DNA of 54,492 bases from positions 1 to 54,492 of IMG/VR virus record IMGVR_UViG_3300035670_000271; one strand, given 5' to 3'. A model generated the notes under the pieces. The model made no database searches, had not been told where the DNA came from, and was given only the letters and a program-made list of their open reading frames with translations. The stretch comes from a virus (taxonomy: Duplodnaviria > Caudoviricetes). The position numbers were made by a program, and so were the translations under genes. Shown here one piece after another: positions 36,059-43,867 of this stretch; within the stretch, counting starts at the first letter, position 1; each line of letters begins with the position of its first letter.

Positions 36059-36121
36059 GCATAACAATTATTATATTGACAAATTCTATATCTAATATTA
36101 TATTAATACACAGAAAGTCAA
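36059..36121 (-). promoter_or_regulatory. attI-like site overlapping the integrase promoter
   Basis: Lone G/TTATGC core at 36065 with no hairpin; plus-strand TTGACA-17-TATATT at 36076-36104. Confidence 0.7.
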
Positions 36122-36132
36122 GGAGAAAATAC

Positions 36133-36864
36133 ATGAAAACAAAAAAATATGACGAATATCTACTCTATCTCTATAGTTTTTCACAACTTAGCAAACAAAC
36201 AATCTGTGCGTATCTCTCATGGTCAGCAAAGCTCTGTCTCTGGGTTGGGGTCGCGCATCCGTTGGACGTGCCGCCGGGAAAAATTGACGAATTTCGCCTC
36301 TATCTACTTAACGAGAAAAAATTCTCATGGAAGAGCGATACGGTTGTGTTTAACGCTTTGAAGCACACCTACTCGACGCTCTTGAAACATGTTGAACCAG
36401 AAGAGGCCAAGAAATATGCGAATATCTTCCGCACGTCACCACGACAGCCTAACACCCTGCCGCGCTATGTGACACAGGAGAGCATGGCCGCCTTTTGCGC
36501 GGCGCTTCCTGCGACGATTGCAGGCAATCTCTTGCGATCAAGCTATCAGACGGGAAAAACGGTAGATATGATTTTGGCCAAGGCGGAAAAGCCCTGGAAA
36601 GTCTCGCAGAGATACCTGCAACAAGTTTGTCTAAAGACCGCGCTGAAAGTCGGTATGCCGAAAGGGTTCGGCGTGACCGGAGTCAGGGGTGCTGGCATCT
36701 TACACAGAATCCAAAACCGACAGACGGATTTAGAATTGACAGCCATTCGTGAGGATTCCGGCCTGTCACATGCGCAGTTTCTCTTGTATTGTCGAGCGGC
36801 AGGTGTGACCGGGTTATCTGGGAATGCAACCAGACAACGCCACCGCAAGAAGAAGCAAGCATAA
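36133..36864 (+). CDS. intI: Integron-integrase (IntI)-derived protein, internally deleted and probably catalytically inactive
   Basis: S.QT..AY..W......GV.HP......I.EF..YL.NE.K.S, PR..NTLP..T and Y.TG align with IntI1; box I R and box II H residues replaced. Confidence 0.8.
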   Translation: MKTKKYDEYLLYLYSFSQLSKQTICAYLSWSAKLCLWVGVAHPLDVPPGKIDEFRLYLLNEKKFSWKSDTVVFNALKHTYSTLLKHVEPEEAKKYANIFRTSPRQPNTLPRYVTQESMAAFCAALPATIAGNLLRSSYQTGKTVDMILAKAEKPWKVSQRYLQQVCLKTALKVGMPKGFGVTGVRGAGILHRIQNRQTDLELTAIREDSGLSHAQFLLYCRAAGVTGLSGNATRQRHRKKKQA

Positions 36865-36874
36865 CAGATAGAAT

Positions 36875-37177
36875 CTATATCGCATAAGACTTCCGAATTC
36901 CGGCGTAAATCGCTCGGTAAACGAACCACCACGCCAACGTAATGGGGATATTGGCAAGAATCCAATCCACCACTGGCAAAAACGCAAACTGAGCGCCCAC
37001 AATCGTTTCTACGACGCGGGGGGCATGATGGAGGATTACGCCACACGCCACAAGATTTACGAGCACCTGTGGCGTGTAGACCCTATAAATTCGGTAACTC
37101 TGAATAGCGAGCGCCAAAAAGATCGCAAACTCTAACGCCATGAGGCAAAACGAAATACTATACAGAATCGTCTTCAT
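36875..37177 (-). CDS. Membrane protein with 3 predicted TM segments (holin candidate)
   Basis: Three hydrophobic segments and a basic C-terminus. Confidence 0.5.
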   Translation of the reverse strand: MKTILYSISFCLMALEFAIFLALAIQSYRIYRVYTPQVLVNLVACGVILHHAPRVVETIVGAQFAFLPVVDWILANIPITLAWWFVYRAIYAGIRKSYAI

Positions 37178-37186
37178 CTCTTCCTC

Positions 37187-38854
37187 TCACAATAAGTCGG
37201 CCACGCGAGCGGTTGACTCCGATGGAATCGTAATTTCAGCGCATACCCCGCACTCTGTGATAACAACCTTACACGTCGCGCCATACACAACATCCCAATA
37301 CCAAAACGGGCCGGTCACGGGGTTATAGAGCGGGTCGCCTACGTCAATAAATGTCGCGTCAATTTTCGTGCCGGCGTGAAGCTTCCCGTCATAGTCATAC
37401 GGCAAGGCCACAATGGACAGTGTGGCCGTCATGGTCGATAGACTTGTATCACTCGCCTGATTATAGGCTAACTCATACAGGCGGCAGGTATTGGGGCCAG
37501 ACGGAACGGGAATGCTCACCACATCACCGTAAATCGTCTCTGTGGTGTTTCCTGAGACGGTCAAGGGGATATTGACGTCAAAGACCGCGCCAACACGGTT
37601 GACGCGCATCGTGTAGCTACCATCGTCAAGATTGACAGTGACTTGCCCGTCAACCCCAGAGACTCCGGTCGCCTTAAAATCCACGCCTGCCCAAAAACTC
37701 ACAAGCACGCCAGAGATAGGTGTCACGGTGTCCGTCTCGTAAATCTGTATCGTGACGTCATTGACCGTCGGCGCAGCGGCAAGTGTGACAGCCGCCGTTC
37801 CGACGGTATCGTCAACCGGGACGCCAAGCGCGACGCTCCCCGCAGGCGGAACCGCTAACGTTCCTGTCAAGTTGCCATGAGAATAGACGGTGTCCTTCCT
37901 GACATCTGCGATGGCAGCATGGTCAGCTGCGCTCAATTCGTACAGCATGTTATCTTCTGACACTCCATCAGACATGAACACCGGCCAGACATCATCATCA
38001 GAATTATCAAAACGGAAGCCATATCCGGCGATAGGCGTGGCGCGGGCAGTCCGAAAATCTAACGATTTCACGGTCACATTATTGTTGTCGAAGCCATTAT
38101 AGACTCCATAGGAGAACGCCCCTGTGCCGCCTGTTGCGCGATCTACTGTGACCGGGACATTTCCCGTCCGTGATACGCCATACACAGACGTGCCTGTTCC
38201 GCCAATTGCCTCACCAACATCAAGGGATACCCCACCAGTAACGGATATGCCAGGCGAAGAACTGCCGCCTTGTGCTCCACCGACGCGAACAGTTCCGCCT
38301 GTCTGCACTAAACCAATCCCAATGGAACCATACACTATCCCTACGACATCAACAGAAGAAGAGGCGTTCCCTCCGGCATTCAGCCCGTTAGTACTGCCTG
38401 CCAGCGCGCCAACCACGTCACCAGCAATCACAACTTGTGAGCTATTCGACACTGATACTCCAATTGACCCATTGCCTATACCCGCGTAGACATTACCTAC
38501 GACATGAACAACCCCACTAAAGTTACCCCAGATTCCACGCTGGCTTGTCGGCAGGTCTCCACCATACACATCCCCAATCACAATGGCTGTATATAACGAA
38601 CTATCGACTAACGCTCCGTTGTTTGATGTGCCGCCAAATATATCTGCTGTAATCGTAATATTCCCGCCAATAATAAATCGCCCCCCAGCAACACCTCCAC
38701 CATCTGCGCGAGAAGAAAGATGGATAACTGTCACGTCAACATCAACAGTTACGTCAAATCCATTGCAATGTACTTGGTCAAATTCCGTCGCGCCAGAGAC
38801 TCCGACCGTAGGGTCTGACCATAATCCAGTTTTGAGCGCGTTAATTATTGCCAT
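37187..38854 (-). CDS. Gly/Val-rich beta-helix fibre/spike-like protein with Ig-like C-terminal domain
   Basis: Repeated GxVYGG/GI.V units; PISGVLV...G...VNLDDGSY. Confidence 0.6.
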   Translation of the reverse strand: MAIINALKTGLWSDPTVGVSGATEFDQVHCNGFDVTVDVDVTVIHLSSRADGGGVAGGRFIIGGNITITADIFGGTSNNGALVDSSLYTAIVIGDVYGGDLPTSQRGIWGNFSGVVHVVGNVYAGIGNGSIGVSVSNSSQVVIAGDVVGALAGSTNGLNAGGNASSSVDVVGIVYGSIGIGLVQTGGTVRVGGAQGGSSSPGISVTGGVSLDVGEAIGGTGTSVYGVSRTGNVPVTVDRATGGTGAFSYGVYNGFDNNNVTVKSLDFRTARATPIAGYGFRFDNSDDDVWPVFMSDGVSEDNMLYELSAADHAAIADVRKDTVYSHGNLTGTLAVPPAGSVALGVPVDDTVGTAAVTLAAAPTVNDVTIQIYETDTVTPISGVLVSFWAGVDFKATGVSGVDGQVTVNLDDGSYTMRVNRVGAVFDVNIPLTVSGNTTETIYGDVVSIPVPSGPNTCRLYELAYNQASDTSLSTMTATLSIVALPYDYDGKLHAGTKIDATFIDVGDPLYNPVTGPFWYWDVVYGATCKVVITECGVCAEITIPSESTARVADLL

Positions 38855-38857
38855 AGA

Positions 38858-39196
38858 TTACACCTCGAAATCTTCCAAAATATCAGCAGCAAGACGTTCC
38901 AATTCTCGGCCAATCCGCTGAAGAGTTGCCCGCTGCTTCTGCGTATGTCGTGGACTTGCATTCTCAGTATCTTTACATCGTACAGGAATCCACTGTTCAG
39001 AGGGCGCGCGGTCTGTTGTGCCGTCAGATAATACCCTGATCGGAACAAGGGACACATTCAATTTGATTCCAACAACCCCGGCGCTATCAGCCGTCAATGC
39101 GGCATTAACATAAAAATCGGCTGTTGTATAAACATTTTCAGGCTCTACGCTTCCCGGCTTTGGCGATTTCGGATGTTTTAATAGTAATCGTTGCAT
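38858..39196 (-). CDS. Hypothetical protein
   Basis: RBS AAGGAGG; in operon. Confidence 0.6.
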   Translation of the reverse strand: MQRLLLKHPKSPKPGSVEPENVYTTADFYVNAALTADSAGVVGIKLNVSLVPIRVLSDGTTDRAPSEQWIPVRCKDTENASPRHTQKQRATLQRIGRELERLAADILEDFEV

Positions 39197-39222
39197 TTTT
39201 TCCTCCTTCTATTCTGGTGGTG

Positions 39223-39597
39223 TTATCGGTTGACTGATTCTTCGGCCGCTTCTTTTAGATAATCTGACCGTCGTTTTTTCTGATGGAATAGAATCTCTGC
39301 TGTTGTCTTATCATGTTGCGTCATCCAATTGTGGCACTCGCGAAACTTCGTGTCCGTGTACTCACGAATCGCCCACAACGCCTGTTCCATTTCCTTGAGT
39401 TGCGAATTCAGGTTATGGATTTCGACACGCATTTCCCCTACGACAGAAACGTACTCTTTTTGTTGCGTCATATATTCGTGAAAGGCTGCTTTCAGAAACG
39501 GCGCAGCGCGTTTAGAAAGATAAAATACGACCGCAATGAGCGTCACGGGTGAAAAGTTGTCTCCGATTATTTTATACAACTCATGCCATTCATCCAT
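39223..39597 (-). CDS. Single-TM coiled-coil protein (holin-like candidate)
   Basis: Hydrophobic segment followed by a coiled coil; overlaps the portal stop. Confidence 0.5.
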   Translation of the reverse strand: MDEWHELYKIIGDNFSPVTLIAVVFYLSKRAAPFLKAAFHEYMTQQKEYVSVVGEMRVEIHNLNSQLKEMEQALWAIREYTDTKFRECHNWMTQHDKTTAEILFHQKKRRSDYLKEAAEESVNR

Positions 39598-41719
39598 TAA
39601 AGCCCCCCCCTCCAACAAAGCCTTCATCTGGCATCACGTCAGGAAGTACAGGCGTCCGCCTTACTCCCTGTGCCCGTGATATTGGGATGACCTCAATTCG
39701 ACATCGGCAATTATATCCGTTAGGCGGCCACCATATTGACCAGATCGGGTCATCTGCTGGGCGCGTGACCATGTGCATCGCTTGATGTGTTGGGCGAACT
39801 CGTGAGTCATCCATTGTGATATATCGCAAGTATGCGATCTCTTCAGCATGCTCTTTAATGAGAAGCGCCGTTCCAATGGCAAGCGCCGCGCTGGTCTCCA
39901 TGGTCAACACTCTGTCAACGTGATATGGGTTATCAGGTTGTATGCCATACCGCGAGATGCCGTCAAGGAAGATGTCATCCAGGTCGTCAACAGATACGTC
40001 GTCTTGCTCCGAAATGTCTTGTGTCGCTGCGATGAGCGTTTTAATGCGTTGCGTTTCACGTGTGGCCTGCATTTTTGCGCGTGACGTCGCCTCCTGAACA
40101 AGACGAGACAGTTCAGATGCCGGCACAAACTCCGCCAGCATGCGAGATAATTGTGACGATGTGGCCTGCATAACGTCCCCTACTGTAATTGACGATTGAC
40201 CCCCTATATCTTGTAATCCGAGAAGAATGCCAATAAGCGCCCCTTTGAGCGCAATGTCTGTCAACGAACGCTCAACCTCTTCCGTGTCTGGCTGCCAATC
40301 TTCAATCGACGAAAACGCCTCTGATGTCGTCTCTGCTGCGTCAAAAGAATCAACGACTGGCGTTACCCATGTATTTTTATATAGAGTCAACAGCGCCTCA
40401 CGAGATGCGTCAATCAACATATCCTGCTCATTCGCCTGAGCAAACCGTTGTGACGAGGTCTGTTCATCTTGCGGGGTTGTCTCTTCTGTCTCAACGCGAA
40501 TCATTTCACGTTCTCGCAGCTCTGGTTTCTCATTCTCGATAATTTCCTGCGGAGGCTTCATAATCTGATGGCGTGGCAATTCACGCTCTTGTGGAAAGTT
40601 AAACCGCATCCACCAGTAAATGAGTTGATGGTTGATCACCTCGTCAAGACGTGATGCCATGCTGTACAAGAGGATTTTGCGCAATGTGGCTGTTGTGGCT
40701 TGCGCCTGTCCTAACGTGCCGTTTTGCTCATTAGACAGCCCCGCCGAATGTCCCGTGATCACCATCGCAATTTGACTCTCAATGACTTTATGCAACACCT
40801 CGAACCCAGCCGACCCCCCACGCATCGCCTCTAAAAACTCAAGTTGTTGGTCTTCAGGGATAATGACGCCCGTCTCCTGCTGTATACTGTCAATTGCGTT
40901 GAGAAGCGCCGTCTGTTGATCTGCTGTTGCGTTGACGGGGTATTTGCCAATCGTGACAGGCGACCCGTACCGATGCAGGTGAACCATCCAGGCTGTGAAA
41001 TTATTTCGCCAGTACCATTCAAGCTCATGCAATTTCGTCAGGATGCTTTCCCCTTCATCATTTTCATAGCGGCGGTCAAATACTGAAACGATAAATTTTG
41101 AATCGTCAACCGGCTTTCCGCGATAAATTGGCATAGCGTCCTTGTCATAGAGTAGCACCCTGACAAATTCGCTCCCATGTTCCCCTTGACGCTCTTCATA
41201 TCGAAATCCAAATTCTTCCGGGCGGCAACTCAAAATATCATGGATGACAAATAACCCGGCAGGAATAGTCATCCCGCTTGACAGGGTAATTGACTCGGCT
41301 TCGCGCCTCCATAGAATCTCATTGACGCTTTTTCCATCTTCCCGGTCAAGTGCGATCTGCCCCAAGACCTCACTCCATCCACGTCTCACTCTGTGGTCAA
41401 GATTCCATCGCAAGAGGTCGGCTTGGAGTTGATGAGATGGGGATTCGGACGCTGCCATGACTTGCGGGTCGCGCTTCATGTGTTCGGTCTCTTCGCTTTG
41501 TGGCGTATAGCCAGCCGCGCCGCGCCATTCGGCCTTGACTTGATCTTTGGTATTTCTCAGCGCCGTCCAGATCGCGGAATTGCGGCGCATGGTGTCAATT
41601 TGTCGCCATGTCAATTCTTTTGGCGCTTTATAGCTGGCAAGCTGTATCTCGTTCCCGCGTTTGACTATCGCATCTGTTGTTGGAGTGTTCTGTTGTTGCG
41701 TCCGTCGTGCTCTTGCCAT
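39590..41719 (-). CDS. Portal protein (DUF935 / Mu gp29-like) fused to a MuF head morphogenesis domain
   Basis: RYGSP..IGKY, IIPEDQQLEFLEA, NHQLI...FNF; C-terminal DDSRVRPTH..MH...W.PPNGYNCRC. Confidence 0.9.
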   Translation of the reverse strand: MARARRTQQQNTPTTDAIVKRGNEIQLASYKAPKELTWRQIDTMRRNSAIWTALRNTKDQVKAEWRGAAGYTPQSEETEHMKRDPQVMAASESPSHQLQADLLRWNLDHRVRRGWSEVLGQIALDREDGKSVNEILWRREAESITLSSGMTIPAGLFVIHDILSCRPEEFGFRYEERQGEHGSEFVRVLLYDKDAMPIYRGKPVDDSKFIVSVFDRRYENDEGESILTKLHELEWYWRNNFTAWMVHLHRYGSPVTIGKYPVNATADQQTALLNAIDSIQQETGVIIPEDQQLEFLEAMRGGSAGFEVLHKVIESQIAMVITGHSAGLSNEQNGTLGQAQATTATLRKILLYSMASRLDEVINHQLIYWWMRFNFPQERELPRHQIMKPPQEIIENEKPELREREMIRVETEETTPQDEQTSSQRFAQANEQDMLIDASREALLTLYKNTWVTPVVDSFDAAETTSEAFSSIEDWQPDTEEVERSLTDIALKGALIGILLGLQDIGGQSSITVGDVMQATSSQLSRMLAEFVPASELSRLVQEATSRAKMQATRETQRIKTLIAATQDISEQDDVSVDDLDDIFLDGISRYGIQPDNPYHVDRVLTMETSAALAIGTALLIKEHAEEIAYLRYITMDDSRVRPTHQAMHMVTRPADDPIWSIWWPPNGYNCRCRIEVIPISRAQGVRRTPVLPDVMPDEGFVGGGGFNG

Positions 41720-41731
41720 AGTATCCTCCTC

Positions 41732-43354
41732 CTAAAACCCGCCTTTTTTGAGGCTTCGTAAACTTGTCGCCTGAATAGCTGATCTGTGTCCTGTCGTTTT
41801 GATGCCTGAGACGCCTGTCAAGATTGAGTTGAGCGATAACCCCATTGACGGGGCGAGATGCATGATGCCGTATCGCATGGCGTCCTGCGTATGGTCATCA
41901 ACCGGGTTCGGCGTTTCCGGTTCGTTGCGGTTGCGTTTTCGCATCGCATAACAATAGTTTCGCGTTTCCTTCACTACGCACGGCAAATCATCAAAAATAT
42001 AGAGTGATGCCCTCCCGTTTGGGCGCTTCATAAATGCTCTGTTCACAAGCGACACGCCTTCCTCAATATCTTTTTTCGCAGGAGTGATACGTGTAGTGAT
42101 TGTCACCCCTTGAGTGTCAATCCGTTGTGTGGCTTGACGTTCTGCCTCTTTCAGGCGTTGCTCAAAAATGTCTGACGGACACCCCGCATAGTTTGCGCAC
42201 TCACGCAAGTCTTGTCGAGTATACGGCATTGTGAGTAATTTGTCAAGCGCAAAATGAGAGCCGAGGTATTGCCATAACGTTTCAATGACAATCGCGTCAA
42301 TATGCTTTTCCCGATAAATCCGATAGATGGCTGTTTCAAGCTCTGCCCGTCCTTGCGCGTCATGGTCTGCGATTGTGGCGTCAATCTGTCTCAATATCGC
42401 GCCCTCTGCAAGTCCTTGACCGTCAAGCCTGACAATAGCTTTCGCGTGTTCTTCGATTAAGGTTTGGCTTTTATACCATTCATTATACACGTATGCCTCG
42501 CCTTCTGGACTCAGTGCAATCCACAGGCAGACAAACGGATTAGTATATCCGAAATCAACCGCCCGAATGCGTCGCCAATGCGTAGGAATGGGAAATCGTT
42601 TGACAAGATTCCGGTCATTATCGAATTCTTTCCACACTGCCCCCTCCATACGCACAAACTTTCCCTCGACTCGCTTGCGACGCTCTTCTTCTGACATCAT
42701 GGCAAGCGCCGCCTGTTTGTGGTCTTCGGGAATATGCTTGTTTTCAAGCATAGACATCGTCCAGTGCTTCACTCCAATCATCTTCGGTTGATAGAGCCTG
42801 TCATAGACCCAGGTCAACCCCTTGAGAGGGGTCATCGTCAAGATAATGCGCCCACCCCTGTCAACCGTTCTGGCGATACATTCGTCAAAAATATCTTCCG
42901 GGCTTTCCTCATCCAGCCAAATCAGGTCAACCGCCGCGCCCTGGAACTTTTCTCGCCCTTGCTCGTAACTCTTGAAATAGATGACAGCCCCATTTTCAAG
43001 CCGAATAAGCGCAGGAATTTTTTTGATGCGATTCGCCCATGCCACGTCATGTGACATCGTGAGATACTTTTCGATTTTCGGATACACGTATTCGCCAAGC
43101 GCATCATACGATACCCCACATGCCCACACGACAGCATGATGATGCGTCTCAGCATAATCAACAATCTCTTTGCCTCCCGCCTCGCTCTTCCCGGAGCGGT
43201 TGCCCCCAAAGAGACACCGCACTTTGCTCTTGTCGGCATGAAACGCAGCGACCTTCTCATTGGCGGGGTCATACGCATACACCCCTGTCCAATCTGAGAC
43301 AGTCAACTCGTCTCTCAATAATGCAATCGCGCTATTTAGGTCTTGTCGTGTCAT
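41732..43354 (-). CDS. terL: Terminase large subunit
   Basis: GGNRSGKS, FQG...WLDEE, LTMTP, DFGYTNPF, DDHTQDAMRY. Confidence 0.95.
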   Translation of the reverse strand: MTRQDLNSAIALLRDELTVSDWTGVYAYDPANEKVAAFHADKSKVRCLFGGNRSGKSEAGGKEIVDYAETHHHAVVWACGVSYDALGEYVYPKIEKYLTMSHDVAWANRIKKIPALIRLENGAVIYFKSYEQGREKFQGAAVDLIWLDEESPEDIFDECIARTVDRGGRIILTMTPLKGLTWVYDRLYQPKMIGVKHWTMSMLENKHIPEDHKQAALAMMSEEERRKRVEGKFVRMEGAVWKEFDNDRNLVKRFPIPTHWRRIRAVDFGYTNPFVCLWIALSPEGEAYVYNEWYKSQTLIEEHAKAIVRLDGQGLAEGAILRQIDATIADHDAQGRAELETAIYRIYREKHIDAIVIETLWQYLGSHFALDKLLTMPYTRQDLRECANYAGCPSDIFEQRLKEAERQATQRIDTQGVTITTRITPAKKDIEEGVSLVNRAFMKRPNGRASLYIFDDLPCVVKETRNYCYAMRKRNRNEPETPNPVDDHTQDAMRYGIMHLAPSMGLSLNSILTGVSGIKTTGHRSAIQATSLRSLKKGGF

Positions 43355-43866
43355 GTGGTCGCTAACGTGTTGAGATATTCGTCAAGAAGTCGAAACGCTC
43401 CCATTACTTCGGCTTCTGTCATTTGATTTTCTTTGACAAGTTTATAACCAAGCGCCTTGAGTTCTTTTGTGGTTTCAAATCGTTGGCGGTCTTCAAGAAG
43501 CAACCCCATCGGACGCAGGCGCTCATAGACACGTGAGAGCCTATCCATCCGGCTCTCAATATCCCCATCTGGCAGTTGGAACCCGTCCCCACCCAAATCT
43601 TCTGGGATTGTGCTCTCGAAAAGTACCTGACTCATGCGGTTGATGGTTCTCAGGATGTAATCGCACGTCGGTTCAAACAGGCTGTAGCCTTCGCCTTGTT
43701 TCAGTTTGCGGCGTTTGTCTGTCCATTTGTCATCAGAGGCCCAGACGCCAAGTGTCCCCTTTGGGATACCTGTCTTTTGCTCAATGTTTTCAAGCGTCAG
43801 CCCGTAAAAAATGAACAAATCCGCTGCATATTCCCGGTCATTCCATGACCACCGAGTTTGTCTCAT
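43351..43866 (-). CDS. terS: Terminase small subunit (HTH)
   Basis: GLTLENIEQKTGIPKGTLGVW...KW; overlaps the terL start. Confidence 0.75.
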   Translation of the reverse strand: MRQTRWSWNDREYAADLFIFYGLTLENIEQKTGIPKGTLGVWASDDKWTDKRRKLKQGEGYSLFEPTCDYILRTINRMSQVLFESTIPEDLGGDGFQLPDGDIESRMDRLSRVYERLRPMGLLLEDRQRFETTKELKALGYKLVKENQMTEAEVMGAFRLLDEYLNTLATT

Positions 43867-43867
43867 G

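Larger units (their letters stand above)
25664..36864. mobile_element. Phage-borne integron: IntI-like gene, attI and about 20 gene cassettes
   Basis: Array of attC hairpins bounded by AAC...GTT cores, co-oriented cassette ORFs and a divergent IntI homologue. Confidence 0.9.

Noticed and set aside
36019-36864. Lysogeny integrase, and the 281-aa version of the ORF
   Set aside because: Similarity is to IntI, catalytic residues are missing, and the RBS supports ATG 36133
36859-36865. GCATAAC at the IntI-like stop as a further attC
   Set aside because: No downstream palindrome or GTT partner is visible
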